Assembly: GCA_021404905.1 (NCBI GenBank)
Contig: QWHN01000001.1
Coordinates: 325,275 to 389,274 of the forward strand
Origin: Candidatus Saccharibacteria bacterium CPR2
Lineage (GTDB): Bacteria; Patescibacteriota; Saccharimonadia; Saccharimonadales; QWHN01
DNA length: 64,000 nucleotides
Direction of reading: 5' to 3'
Shown: positions 7,672-20,201 of the stretch, one piece after another
How the letters are laid out: each line of letters opens with the position of its first letter
Numbering within the stretch: the stretch's first letter is position 1
Program-made: the position numbers and the translations under genes
Notes under the pieces: generated by a model
What the model was told of the DNA's origin: nothing
The model's input: the letters and a program-made list of their open reading frames with translations, nothing else
Databases searched by the model: none

Positions 7672-10600
7672 ATGATTTTTGGGTTTATTGTTTTTATTGC
7701 CTTAGTAGCCGCAGTTGGTGGTGTGGCCTATTGGCATTATTTGAAAATATTTAGAGAAGCAAAGAACTATGAACGCGGACTGAAAATGGTCCCATTATTA
7801 ATCCATTTGCCTCCGTCCAGTGATGACATAGAAGGAGGAAGTCGAGATTCTAGGGATATAGCTGAGGAGTCTATATCAAAAGCTGAAACCTTGTATAACA
7901 TAATTGCAAGCACAAGCAGGAAAGGTATAAAAAGTAAACTCTACGGCCAACGGCATATTGCGTTTGAAATAGTGGCCATAAGAGGGACTATACGTTATTA
8001 CGTAGCTGTTCCAGTAGCATTAGTGTCGGTAGTCGAGCAAGCTATTTTGAGCGCATATCCAACCGCACAATTAGAAGAAGTTGAGGAACATAATATCTTT
8101 AGTCCAGTCGGTAAAATTAGCGGAACAATTGGTGGAGAATTAGCCCTAAAAGACCATTTTGCTAAATCTATAGCTACTTTTCATGATCTAAAAAGGGATT
8201 CAATGCAAGCTATAATCAATGTTTTATCTGCATTGGGTAAAGAAGATGGTGCATCCATCCAGATATTGCTCAGACCTGCACGGGAGGGATGGGAAAAGAA
8301 AGCTCTTTCCGTGTCTTCAAAAATGCGTAAAGATAAGGGGAAGGGCGGGGGCAAATCTGTAGTAACCGGATTTGCTAAAGATCTTGTTTCTGCTCCATTT
8401 AAACCTCCGGAATCAAAAGAGTCTCAACCACAAGAAAAAGAATTAACCCATCTTGAACAATCAAATATTGAAGCTATAGAAGAAAAGACGAAACATATTG
8501 CCTATGAAGTATTAATTAGAGTAGTGGCTTCCTCGAATATTTCATCAAGAGCCCAAACAATACTGAACAATTTGGTAGCTGTGTTCTCACTTTTTGATGC
8601 GGCCGGCAAAAATGGTTTTAAATTTAATCCTGCTCGAGATGTTGAAAATTTTGTAACAGCTTATATTCTTCGCTTTTTCCCTCAACAAATGAATAAGAAT
8701 ATATTAAATAGCGTTGAACTTGCCACTATATTTCATTTACCTGACCAAAGAAGTACGCCAACGAGTCAGTTACAAAGGCAAGCATCAAAACAGGTTGACG
8801 GTCCATCCAATATGCCCGAAGACGGACTTTTATTAGGCTATAACGTATTTAGAGGTGTTAAGAAAGAAATACGTTTAAGCGATGAAGATCGTCGCCGTCA
8901 TATGTACATTGTGGGTCAGACTGGAACGGGTAAGTCAGTTCTTCTGGAAAATCTTGCCTTGCAAGATATGCTAGACGGGAAAGGGTTTGCATTTATTGAT
9001 CCTCATGGAGATGCAGTAGAGCGTTTAATATCTATGGTTCCTAAAGAAAGAACGGAAGATGTTGTGTATTTCTCACCTGCTGATACAGATTACCCGCTAG
9101 GCTTGAATCTCTTTGAATTTAGTTCTCCAGACCAAAAAGATTTTCTTATCCAAGAAGCAATAAACATGCTTTATAAGCTATATGATCCTCAAAGACAAGG
9201 GATTATTGGTCCGCGTTATGAACATTGGTTTAGAAATGCTTCCTTGACTTTAATGAGTGATCCACAAGGGTCAACATTTATTGATATACCAAAAGTATTT
9301 ACAGATAACCAATATGCAAAACAAAAAATACGTTACGTTACTGATCACACGGTTCTTGATTTCTGGAATAAAGAAATGGCTAAAACCAGTGACTACCATA
9401 AGAGTGAAATACTTGGCTGGTTTGTAAGCAAATTTGGGGCCTTCCTATCCAATGAGATGATGAGAAATATAATTGGTCAAACCAAAAGCTCATTTAACTT
9501 AAGAAAGATAATGGATGAGAGAAAAATTCTGCTAGTAAATTTAAGCAAGGGTCGCACCGGTGAGCTAAATTCCAAGTTGCTAGGTATGATTTTTGTTATG
9601 AAGTTCCAGGTAGCTGCTATGAGCCGAGCAGATGTACCCGAGGATCAGCGTCCTGATTTTAGTTTGTATGTAGATGAGTTTCAAAATTTCTCAACGGATT
9701 CATTTGCAACAATTTTGTCTGAGGCGCGTAAATATCATCTAAATCTTGTAGTCGCCAATCAATTTATCGGTCAGTTAACTGAGGAAATTCGTGATGCTGT
9801 ATTCGGTAACGTCGGTTCAATAGTTAGTCTAAGAACAGGCGCGAATGATGCTGATTTTCTGGTTAAGCAATTTGCTCCAATTTTTGATACCGAGGATATG
9901 GTAAAGTTGCCAAATTATCAGGGAGTAGTTCGTCTAATGGTTGGCGGGGTACCTTCGCAGCCTTTTAGTATCAATACATTACCACCACTTGGTACACCCA
10001 ATCCAAGACTCGGCAAAGCATTAAAGTCGCTTTCTGCCGCAAAACATGGGCGGCCAAGATCTGTGGTTGAGAAAGAAATCATTGATCGCATGAAAACAGA
10101 GGCACCTCCAACTCCTGCTTTTAAATCTACTGGCAACCAAGGTTATGCATTTGCCGGCTCTGGTAGTTCTTTAGGAAGTCGACTTAATGGCAGTTCATCT
10201 CCATCTCTTGATAGAAGCTCATTAAGTTCTGGCGGAAGATCGTTTTTAGATGACTGGCTTGATAAGAGGAAGAAACAAATATCCGACTCTACATCACCAT
10301 TTCCACAAAAAGCTTTTTCTGCAAAAAATTCCGCAATGAATAGTACTAGTGGAACAGAAAAAAATATTTTTGGTTCAAAGACAAATCAAAAAATTGTAAG
10401 AGATAACAAGCTATCGCCAGCGCCAGTATCCAACAATCAAGCAGGACAAATTTCTAGAAGCTCTCAGGAGCCCCCAGAACGGAATATTCATGAAATAGGC
10501 TCCAATGTATCAAGTCAAGTTAAAGATAAGCATGATGCAGCTCATATAGCCTCTGAAATAAAGAAAAAAATGGGGAAAGATAAAGAAAAAGCAGAAAACA

Positions 10601-10809
10601 AAACAGTTGTTGCAAATAACCAAGATGCTGCCTCTTTAGACCTGAACAAAGCAACAATGATCCATCCCCCCAGAGTTGTAGAGTATAGGCCAACGTCTCC
10701 TTTTGCAATTTATATCGATAAGGATGGTAACTTGCACTACAATCTTGAGAAAGAATCCTCTCCAAATAACACCCAAAAAACTGATGATAAAACCTCTAAA
10801 CCTGATTAA
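7672..10809 (+). CDS. Membrane-anchored VirD4/TraG/HerA-like P-loop ATPase (T4SS coupling-protein-like)
   Basis: N-terminal TM helix, Walker A GQTGTGKS, Walker B LYVDEFQNF, and a long S/P/N-rich disordered C-terminal tail. ATG at 7672 (the ORF track starts at TTG 7666). Confidence 0.75.
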   Translation: MIFGFIVFIALVAAVGGVAYWHYLKIFREAKNYERGLKMVPLLIHLPPSSDDIEGGSRDSRDIAEESISKAETLYNIIASTSRKGIKSKLYGQRHIAFEIVAIRGTIRYYVAVPVALVSVVEQAILSAYPTAQLEEVEEHNIFSPVGKISGTIGGELALKDHFAKSIATFHDLKRDSMQAIINVLSALGKEDGASIQILLRPAREGWEKKALSVSSKMRKDKGKGGGKSVVTGFAKDLVSAPFKPPESKESQPQEKELTHLEQSNIEAIEEKTKHIAYEVLIRVVASSNISSRAQTILNNLVAVFSLFDAAGKNGFKFNPARDVENFVTAYILRFFPQQMNKNILNSVELATIFHLPDQRSTPTSQLQRQASKQVDGPSNMPEDGLLLGYNVFRGVKKEIRLSDEDRRRHMYIVGQTGTGKSVLLENLALQDMLDGKGFAFIDPHGDAVERLISMVPKERTEDVVYFSPADTDYPLGLNLFEFSSPDQKDFLIQEAINMLYKLYDPQRQGIIGPRYEHWFRNASLTLMSDPQGSTFIDIPKVFTDNQYAKQKIRYVTDHTVLDFWNKEMAKTSDYHKSEILGWFVSKFGAFLSNEMMRNIIGQTKSSFNLRKIMDERKILLVNLSKGRTGELNSKLLGMIFVMKFQVAAMSRADVPEDQRPDFSLYVDEFQNFSTDSFATILSEARKYHLNLVVANQFIGQLTEEIRDAVFGNVGSIVSLRTGANDADFLVKQFAPIFDTEDMVKLPNYQGVVRLMVGGVPSQPFSINTLPPLGTPNPRLGKALKSLSAAKHGRPRSVVEKEIIDRMKTEAPPTPAFKSTGNQGYAFAGSGSSLGSRLNGSSSPSLDRSSLSSGGRSFLDDWLDKRKKQISDSTSPFPQKAFSAKNSAMNSTSGTEKNIFGSKTNQKIVRDNKLSPAPVSNNQAGQISRSSQEPPERNIHEIGSNVSSQVKDKHDAAHIASEIKKKMGKDKEKAENKTVVANNQDAASLDLNKATMIHPPRVVEYRPTSPFAIYIDKDGNLHYNLEKESSPNNTQKTDDKTSKPD

Positions 10810-10815
10810 AACGAG

Positions 10816-11400
10816 CTAATGCTTTGAAGGTTTTATTTTACTCATTGAGCTATAGATAAAATCTATAATTATTCCAATTGCCCAACCTACGGCAAACAGA
10901 ATAATCATCTCACTACCAGATAATACGAACCCTGTTTTTTTAGCAGTGTAAAGGATTATAGACATACCAATCAATGAAACCAGACTGCCTGTGAACAGCG
11001 CAGAAGGGCGAGCTACTGTATTCCCAATGATTTCACTTGATTTGTCTACTATAGGGTTGTGAATGATCTGGCTGAAATATCTTTGCTTTCCAGATAATTG
11101 ACCTTGAGTTCTTTTAATTACCTTGTTAAAGGCATCTCTCTTTATTTCTTTTCCTATAAATCTAGTATTGTGGTCTTTATTAGATTCAACACTTGGAGAT
11201 CCGTACTCTTTGCCAGATATTGCTTCTTGTTTAACTGCGTCTCTGGCTTTTTCTTTGTATGCATCCTGTATTTCTAGCTCAGTGCTAAGTTCTTTTTCTT
11301 TTAGTGAAACTTTTTCAGACTGACTATTAAAGCTTTCAGGTATCTTCTCGTTCTTTGATTCAACCTCGTGGTTGGATGTGTTTAGGATCTCTTTATTCAT
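10816..11400 (-). CDS. Hypothetical membrane protein
   Basis: 194 aa. Acidic/charged N-terminal half and two C-terminal TM helices. Confidence 0.55.
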   Translation of the reverse strand: MNKEILNTSNHEVESKNEKIPESFNSQSEKVSLKEKELSTELEIQDAYKEKARDAVKQEAISGKEYGSPSVESNKDHNTRFIGKEIKRDAFNKVIKRTQGQLSGKQRYFSQIIHNPIVDKSSEIIGNTVARPSALFTGSLVSLIGMSIILYTAKKTGFVLSGSEMIILFAVGWAIGIIIDFIYSSMSKIKPSKH

Positions 11401-11408
11401 ATAAATTA

Positions 11409-12995
11409 TTATATTCCCTGATTATACTCACGTTTAATTATAGATAATTCTTTAGTCATGAGGCGGTTTCTACTGTAAAAATAAGCTACACACATTGAAA
11501 TAATTGTCAAAAAGACAATATTTGCCCCAATTCCCGTATTGGGCAGTTGCTGAGTAGTACGCTCTATTTGTTTTACCGGCGCTGCGGGAAGATTAACTCG
11601 TATGTGGCTAGTACCGTAAACGTTCTCCATGATTAGATCATAGGAAGCAGGGTCTGAAGTTGATACTGGTGTACTGGGGAGGGGATTTTTAACTCTAACA
11701 ATTATTGTTTTTGTAACACTAGAGTTCACATCAATATCAACTTTGCTCCATTTAACAATTCCTGTACCCATATCTATTACGCCATCATCTAGATCCTCTA
11801 TGTCTGCATATTCAAGAACATCGCTCATGTCTTCTGGATCAAGCTCATGATTGTTAGCTTTTTTAGTACCAACATTTGAAGTTATGAGAGTATATTCCAA
11901 TACATCACCCGGTTGAGCCGTAGTTTCATTAGCATCTTCAAGCCCTTGTGTAACATTCTTAACTTTTTTATCAAGAGTAATGATGGGCTGTGTTTCTGGA
12001 GGCGGAGGTGGTGGGGCTACTACGTTTACTGTATGGCACACTTCGTTGCTTGTTTTTGACCCCTCAGATGATGATATGACTGCTGTATTACAAATTTTGT
12101 CTCCATCTTGAGCTTTATCGCTAACCTTAACCTCAAATGTAGCTGAATGATAAAAAGTACTGGGTCCAAGGACGCTTCCTGTATTACCGTGTCTCCAAGT
12201 AATTGTTTTTCCGGATATGGTTACTGGGTCGCCAGGGCTATTTCCTTTCGCAGAACCATCTACTAATTCTGTTTTTTCAGGGGTAATATCTTGAATCTGC
12301 ATATTAGTTGCGGCCCCTTGACCTGCGTTTCTATAAGCCAATTTATATTTAATAGTGTCTCCTGGTTTCACGGTAGTATTTGCATCGGGAATGGATGATT
12401 TTATTATTTGCAGGTCTGGATAAGCAGGGGTATACGGACCATTCATGACAATATTGCCACAGTTTAGTAATATCCAGAATTCACGACCATTCTTATTTAC
12501 ACCCCGAAGAGCGCTATAAGTTGAATAAGCACCGCTATCCCAAGCATGGAGTGGCCTCATATATACAACTGTTGGCCCTGTATCCTGAGCAATGTCAAAA
12601 CTAAACTTATGATGTCGTCCAACTGAGCGAAAATCATTTTCAGCTCGAGATTGTATAGATACAATCTGCGTATTATTTAATACAGTTTCATCAATACCAA
12701 AGTAGTGAAATATTGCTTGAATATCAGTTCTGCCTAAACTATCTCTGTTAGATCTATATACATTTATAATCGATTCTTTTGAACCCCCTCCATAAATAAT
12801 GTCATTTGTGGATGATGCCAAAGAAGCTTCTGGTGGAGAGACCATAGCAAATATTTGCAGGCTAACAGCGAGTGCCATGAATATTAAGCCATATCTTCTA
12901 GTAACTTCTTCGCGCTTTAACCTCTTCATGTAAAAACTAACTTGATCTATAAGACCTGGAGTAAACGGTAAGTTAGATACAAGTTTGTAAAACAT
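11409..12995 (-). CDS. LPXTG-type surface protein with DUF11-like repeat domains
   Basis: N-terminal TM/signal, PPPPPP linker, two Ig-like 'conserved repeat' segments (GDTIKYKLAYRNAG..., GDVLEYTLITSNVG...). C-terminal LPNTG, then a hydrophobic helix and basic residues. Confidence 0.75.
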   Translation of the reverse strand: MFYKLVSNLPFTPGLIDQVSFYMKRLKREEVTRRYGLIFMALAVSLQIFAMVSPPEASLASSTNDIIYGGGSKESIINVYRSNRDSLGRTDIQAIFHYFGIDETVLNNTQIVSIQSRAENDFRSVGRHHKFSFDIAQDTGPTVVYMRPLHAWDSGAYSTYSALRGVNKNGREFWILLNCGNIVMNGPYTPAYPDLQIIKSSIPDANTTVKPGDTIKYKLAYRNAGQGAATNMQIQDITPEKTELVDGSAKGNSPGDPVTISGKTITWRHGNTGSVLGPSTFYHSATFEVKVSDKAQDGDKICNTAVISSSEGSKTSNEVCHTVNVVAPPPPPPETQPIITLDKKVKNVTQGLEDANETTAQPGDVLEYTLITSNVGTKKANNHELDPEDMSDVLEYADIEDLDDGVIDMGTGIVKWSKVDIDVNSSVTKTIIVRVKNPLPSTPVSTSDPASYDLIMENVYGTSHIRVNLPAAPVKQIERTTQQLPNTGIGANIVFLTIISMCVAYFYSRNRLMTKELSIIKREYNQGI

Positions 12996-13160
12996 GAAAA
13001 CCTTTTTGTTTTTTAGCTAATTTGCACTTTTATTTAACCACAAGCGTCACTGATATAGCAATAGTTGTGTTAAGTGGTCAAAATCGATATAATTGATTTA
13101 TCAGAAAGCGTGAGCGCTAGTTGGGGGCGACTTATAACTGGCTTTATGGTGTTGTTTTAA

Positions 13161-15179
<2,019 letters not shown>

Positions 15180-15191
15180 AGGACTTAGTAT

Positions 15192-17747
15192 ATGACAGAA
15201 ACTAATGAAAATTCACCCATGGAAAACACTGACGAATCTGTTTTGAAAGTGGAAGAAAAAGCTAAAACTGTTGTTGCTCGAACTATTGAAGATGAAATGG
15301 AGCAGAGCTATCTGCAATATGCAATGTCTGTTATCGTTGCGCGCGCATTACCTGATGTTAGAGACGGGTTAAAACCAGTACAGAGAAGAATATTATATGT
15401 AATGGGTGAGAGTGGTTTACGCGCAAATGCCAAATTTCGTAAGTCTGCAACTGTGGTGGGTGATGTTATGGGTAGCTATCACCCCCATGGCGACAGCGCC
15501 ATATACGACACGATGGTAAGAATGGCTCAAGACTTTTCGATGCGTTACACCCTTGTTGACGGCCAAGGTAACTTTGGGTCAATGGATGGCGACCCTCCTG
15601 CAGCTTACAGATACACCGAAGCAAGAATGACAAAATTGTCTGAAGAAATGCTCTCAGATATAGACAAAGAGACAGTCGATTGGCGGCCAAACTTTGACGA
15701 TTCCAAACAAGAGCCAACCGTATTGCCGGCTCGTTTACCAAATCTTTTGTTAAATGGCCAAATAGGCATCGCAGTGGGAATGGCCACAAACATACCACCC
15801 CATAATTTATCTGAAGTAATCGATGCAACTATTGAATTGATCGACAACCCCAGCGCCGAGCTTGCTGACTTACTCAAATATGTTAAAGGGCCTGATTTTC
15901 CAACAGGGGCTATCGTATATGGGAAGGAATCACTCAGGCAGGCTTATGCTAGTGGTAGAGGAAGTGTTGTGGTGCGCGCTGTCGCTGAAATTGTTGAGAA
16001 GGCCGGAAAGAAAAACAATTATCAAATAATTGTAAGTGAAATACCCTACGCCCAAAACAAGGCAGCCCTCGTAGAGAAAATAGCCGAGTTAGTCAAAGAT
16101 AAAAAAATAAAGGGAATATCAGATTTAAGAGATGAGAGCTCCAGAGGATCGGTAAAGATCGTGATAGATCTTAAAAAAGACGCTTTTCCTAAAAAAATAC
16201 TCAACCAACTTTATAAACTTACCCCTTTACAGAGCTCATTCCATTTCAATATGCTTGCTTTAATAGATGGTATTCAGCCAAGAATACTTGGGCTTGAAGC
16301 TATTCTCAAAGAGTATGTTAAGCATAGGCAGCTTGTTGTACGTCGTAGAACCGAATTTGAGCTTAAGAAAGCCCAGGCAAGAGCGCACATACTGGAAGGC
16401 TTGAGCAAAGCTCTAGACCATATAGATGAGGTCATAGAAACGATTAGAAACAGTGACACGACTGAAACTGCCAGAACCAACTTAATGAAAAGATTCAGCT
16501 TCTCGGAAATTCAAGCAAATGCAATTCTTGCAATGCAACTTCGCACACTTGCGGGACTTGAGAGGAAAAAGATCGAAGATGAATTTGCCGAACTGAAAAA
16601 ACTAATAGCAAAATTGAAGGATATTCTTGCTGATGAGAAGAAAGTATTAACCATTGTAAGAAATGAATTGATAGAAGTAAAAGAAAAGTATGGAGACCCA
16701 AGGAAGACAAAAATCATTCCTCAAGAACTAGGAAAATTTTCAGAAGAAGAGTTAATACCAGACGAACAAGTTATTGTTACCATGACGGCCGCGAATTATA
16801 TAAAAAGAAATAATGTCGGGGAATATAAAAGACAGGGTCGTGGTGGCAAGGGGCGAAGAAGCATAGTCACAAAAGAGGAAGATGTAATTGAACATCTGAT
16901 ATACGCGAGCACACATGATTATTTGTTATTCTTTACCAATAAAGGTCGCGTTTTTAGAATAAAAACATACGAGATACCACACGCTAGCCTTCAGGCGAAA
17001 GGCACCCCAGTGGTAAACATATTACAACTGCAACCGGAAGAAGAGGTGACGTCAGTAATCAATATGGATAAAACTCAGTCTGGGGAAGTAAAATTCTTAT
17101 GCATGGCAACCAAACAAGGGGTTGTAAAGAAAACATCGTTAGATCAATATCAAAATGTTCGCAGCTCCGGTCTCATAGCAATAAGTCTTGATGATAAAGA
17201 TGAATTAAGGTGGGTTAGACTAACGAATGGTGATAATGATGTAATAATTTCTACGACTAAAGGTCAGGCTATCAGATTTCATGAAAATGATGTGAGACCA
17301 ATGGGAAGGAGTGCCAGGGGTGTGCGCGGTATAAGATTGCGTCCAGATGATAAGGTGATAGACATGACGGTTGCGGATAAGGATGCCAGTCTGTTTGTCA
17401 TTAGTGAGCAGGGTTATGGAAAAAGAACTAAAATTGAGCATTTTGCCGTGCATAGGCGCGGTGGAGTTGGGATTAGAGCAGCTGTCGTGAATAACAAAAC
17501 TGGTAATTTGATAGGGGTACAATCCCTGAAGGAAGAATCTGATGAAATAATTATTATTTCATGCCAAGGTCAGACGATTAGGTTGCACTTAAAAGATATT
17601 CCTTCCATGGGTAGAACTACCCAAGGAGTGCGCATTATGAGAATGAATAGTGGAGACAAAGTTGCATCCTTGGCATTAATGAGAAAAGTAGAGGGTGATG
17701 AAGATGAGGTTGTTGATCAACCCGATGACATTGTTTCTAAGGCGTAG
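15192..17747 (+). CDS. gyrA: DNA gyrase subunit A
   Basis: Motifs [32 protein letters not shown], and C-terminal beta-pinwheel repeats. 851 aa. Confidence 0.97.
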   Translation: MTETNENSPMENTDESVLKVEEKAKTVVARTIEDEMEQSYLQYAMSVIVARALPDVRDGLKPVQRRILYVMGESGLRANAKFRKSATVVGDVMGSYHPHGDSAIYDTMVRMAQDFSMRYTLVDGQGNFGSMDGDPPAAYRYTEARMTKLSEEMLSDIDKETVDWRPNFDDSKQEPTVLPARLPNLLLNGQIGIAVGMATNIPPHNLSEVIDATIELIDNPSAELADLLKYVKGPDFPTGAIVYGKESLRQAYASGRGSVVVRAVAEIVEKAGKKNNYQIIVSEIPYAQNKAALVEKIAELVKDKKIKGISDLRDESSRGSVKIVIDLKKDAFPKKILNQLYKLTPLQSSFHFNMLALIDGIQPRILGLEAILKEYVKHRQLVVRRRTEFELKKAQARAHILEGLSKALDHIDEVIETIRNSDTTETARTNLMKRFSFSEIQANAILAMQLRTLAGLERKKIEDEFAELKKLIAKLKDILADEKKVLTIVRNELIEVKEKYGDPRKTKIIPQELGKFSEEELIPDEQVIVTMTAANYIKRNNVGEYKRQGRGGKGRRSIVTKEEDVIEHLIYASTHDYLLFFTNKGRVFRIKTYEIPHASLQAKGTPVVNILQLQPEEEVTSVINMDKTQSGEVKFLCMATKQGVVKKTSLDQYQNVRSSGLIAISLDDKDELRWVRLTNGDNDVIISTTKGQAIRFHENDVRPMGRSARGVRGIRLRPDDKVIDMTVADKDASLFVISEQGYGKRTKIEHFAVHRRGGVGIRAAVVNNKTGNLIGVQSLKEESDEIIIISCQGQTIRLHLKDIPSMGRTTQGVRIMRMNSGDKVASLALMRKVEGDEDEVVDQPDDIVSKA

Positions 17748-17802
17748 TTCCTGATAAATTTTATTTGTAGGAATCATAACAACATTAATTTCAATATACT
17801 TA

Positions 17803-17832
17803 TTGACAGAAGGTGGAACATAGCGTTACCAT
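17803..17832 (+). promoter_or_regulatory. Candidate sigma70-type promoter for 16S rRNA
   Basis: TTGACA - 18 nt - TACCAT, about 390 nt upstream of 16S. Confidence 0.4.
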
Positions 17833-17890
17833 ATCAGCTGATTTAGATTTTCCTTATTAAATTTTGGGAACTAGAAGCAAATTAAAAATT

Positions 17891-17909
17891 TGTGTAGTGC
17901 AGCGTTGAC
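17891..17909 (+). other. 5' strand of 16S precursor processing stem
   Basis: TGTGTAGTGCAGCGTTGAC pairs with 20140-20158 (GTTGACGCTGTACTACACA). 19 bp, three of them G-U. Confidence 0.7.
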
Positions 17910-18071
17910 GTCATATGATTGTTTTACAATCATATAGATACTAGAGTCTAGCTTCTAGAAGCTAGTATCGTGACTTTGAATTTAAACTAAGTCGATCAAA
18001 CTAGGGTTGCTATGAATTATTCTAAGTTCTAGCATCTAACCACTAGATTCTGAATTCGTCTAAGCGAATTC

Positions 18072-18106
18072 TTTTTTGGAGAGTTTGATCCTGGCTCAGG
18101 ATGAAC
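18072..18106 (+). repeat. Upstream duplicate of the 16S 5' end
   Basis: TTTTTTGGAGAGTTTGATCCTGGCTCAGGATGAAC is repeated exactly at 18197-18231 (125-nt period). Confidence 0.9.
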
Positions 18107-18201
18107 CTTGTGTCGAAGACGCAGCTTATATAATGACGGCGATTACGCCGCCAGAATATTAAGTGTAGGTTTATCTTTGGCTGGACGCTTTCTAAATTTT
18201 T

Positions 18202-18248
<47 letters not shown>

Positions 18249-18266
18249 TACATGCAAGTCGAACGG

Positions 18267-18410
18267 CAGCATACGTTCCACTTTGCGCGGAACGCAGAAA
18301 ATAGACGATAGACCTTGGAATTTAGAATAAAAGAGATCCTTTTATTTCTAATTTCTATAGTCAAACTTCTAACTTCTAAGAGCGTAACGCGTGGCGTGGA
18401 GCGTGATGGC
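18267..18410 (+). repeat. Family-2 structured insertion in the 16S helix-6 (V1) region
   Basis: Lies between GTCGAACGG and GAGTGGCGGACGGGTGAG, where about 35-40 nt is usual. Shares TAGACC-TGGA, TTAGAATAAAAG, TTCTAATTTCTA and TCTAAGAG blocks with 23S 22548-22682. Confidence 0.8.
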
Positions 18411-18496
18411 GAGTGGCGGACGGGTGAGTAACGCGTAGGAACCTACCCCAAACTGAGGGATAAGCACCGGAAACGGTGTCTAATACCGCATACGGT

Positions 18497-18650
18497 GCTT
18501 CTCATCAAGATTCGAAGCATTTAACATTTTACATTTGGCATTTAACAATAAATTGGCATTTTTCAGATAGCATCTATCTGTTAAATGGTAATTGCTAAAT
18601 TAATGCAAAATGAGAATTGATAAATGATAATTCGAGGTTTGATGAGAAAC
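18497..18650 (+). other. AT-rich insertion of about 154 nt in the 16S ~position-200 region
   Basis: Closed by stem CTTCTCATCAA / TTGATGAGAAA, between CTAATACCGCATACGGT and CATCAAAGCC. Internal (T)TTAACATTT / GGCATTT repeats. Confidence 0.75.
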
Positions 18651-18743
18651 ATCAAAGCCTTCTGGGCGGTTTGGGAAGGGCCTGCGTAAGATTAGCTAGT
18701 TGGCGGGGTAATGGCCCACCAAGGCGACGATCTTTAGCTGGTT

Positions 18744-18787
<44 letters not shown>

Positions 18788-19196
18788 TCCTACGGGAGGC
18801 AGCAGTAGGGAATTTTCCACAATGGGCGAAAGCCTGATGGAGCAACGCCGCGTGCAGGATGAAGGCCTTCGGGTTGTAAACTGCTTTTGTCTGCGAAGAA
18901 TATGACGGTAGCAGACGAATAAGGATCGGCTAACTCCGTGCCAGCAGCCGCGGTCAGACGGAGGATCCGAGCGTTATCCGGAATGACTGGGCGTAAAGAG
19001 TTGCGTAGGCGTCCTGCCAAGTTTCTACTTAAAGGCCAAGGCTCAACCTTGGAAATGGTAGAAAAACTGACAGGATAGAGCATGGTAGAGGTGGCTGGAA
19101 TTCCCGGTGTAGGAGTGAAATCCGTAGATATCGGGAGGAACACCAATGGCGTAGGCAGGCCACTGGACCATTGCTGACGCTCAGGCACGAAAGCGT

Positions 19197-19230
<34 letters not shown>

Positions 19231-19331
19231 ACGCCGTAAACGATGGATGCTAGCTGTTTGAGGTATCGACCCCTTGAGTAGCAAAGCTAACGCGTTAAGC
19301 ATCCCGCCTGGGGAGTACGGTCGCAAGATTA

Positions 19332-19373
<42 letters not shown>

Positions 19374-19467
19374 GTGTTGTTTAATTGGATGATAAGCCTA
19401 GAACCTTACCAAGGTTTGACATCCTCCGAAATTCTGGGAAACCAGAGTGTGCCTTTTGGAACGGAGT

Positions 19468-19523
<56 letters not shown>

Positions 19524-19779
19524 TCAACGAGCGCAACCCTTATGGTTAGTTGGATTTTTCTAATCAGACTGCCTCGGTAACGGGGAGGAAGGAGGGGATG
19601 ATGTCAGGTCAGTATTGCCCTTACACCTTGGGCTACAAACGCGCTACAATGGCCGGTACAGAGGGTAGCTAACCCGCGAGGGGGAGCAAATCTCATCAAA
19701 GCCGGTCTCAGTTCGGATTGGAGGCTGAAACTCGCCTCCATGAAGCCGGAATCGCTAGTAACCGTAGGTCAGAACACTA

Positions 19780-19819
<40 letters not shown>

Positions 19820-19957
19820 TACCACGAAAGTCGGGGGCGCCCGAAGCTCCGCTTCGAGCGGATCTAAGGTGAATCCGATGATTGGGGTAAAGTCGTAACA
19901 AGGTATCCGTACGGGAACGTGCGGATGGATTACCTCCTTTCTAGGGAGATATACTAA

Positions 19958-20060
19958 CCAGCGCTTCGCGCTGGAAATTTCAAAAATCAATTTTCAAATC
20001 TCAAACGTTAATGTTTGTAATTTGGTACTTGGAAATTGGAATTTCTAACGCGAAGCGTTA
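19958..20060 (+). repeat. Family-1-type module in the spacer just 3' of 16S
   Basis: CCAGCGC-TTC-GCGCTGG hairpin, AT-rich hairpin (CAATTTTCAAA ... TTGGAAATTGGAA), then TAACGC-GAA-GCGTTA hairpin. Confidence 0.75.
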
Positions 20061-20139
20061 GGTAGGTCGGTCTTGTTTGTTGGCGTGAACCGCAACAAAC
20101 TTAGTTCGCTGTATAGCGAAAAGATGGTTCAATACTTAT

Positions 20140-20158
20140 GTTGACGCTGTACTACACA
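20140..20158 (+). other. 3' strand of 16S precursor processing stem
   Basis: Complementary to 17891-17909 (see that entry). Confidence 0.7.
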
Positions 20159-20169
20159 GGTTTTTAGTT

Positions 20170-20201
20170 ATAAACCCCGCTATATTTATAGCGGGGTTTA
20201 T
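20170..20201 (+). terminator. Strong hairpin after the 16S unit (likely terminator)
   Basis: ATAAACCCCGCTAT-ATTT-ATAGCGGGGTTTAT followed by a U-rich CTTTCC. Lies immediately after the 16S processing stem. Confidence 0.55.
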
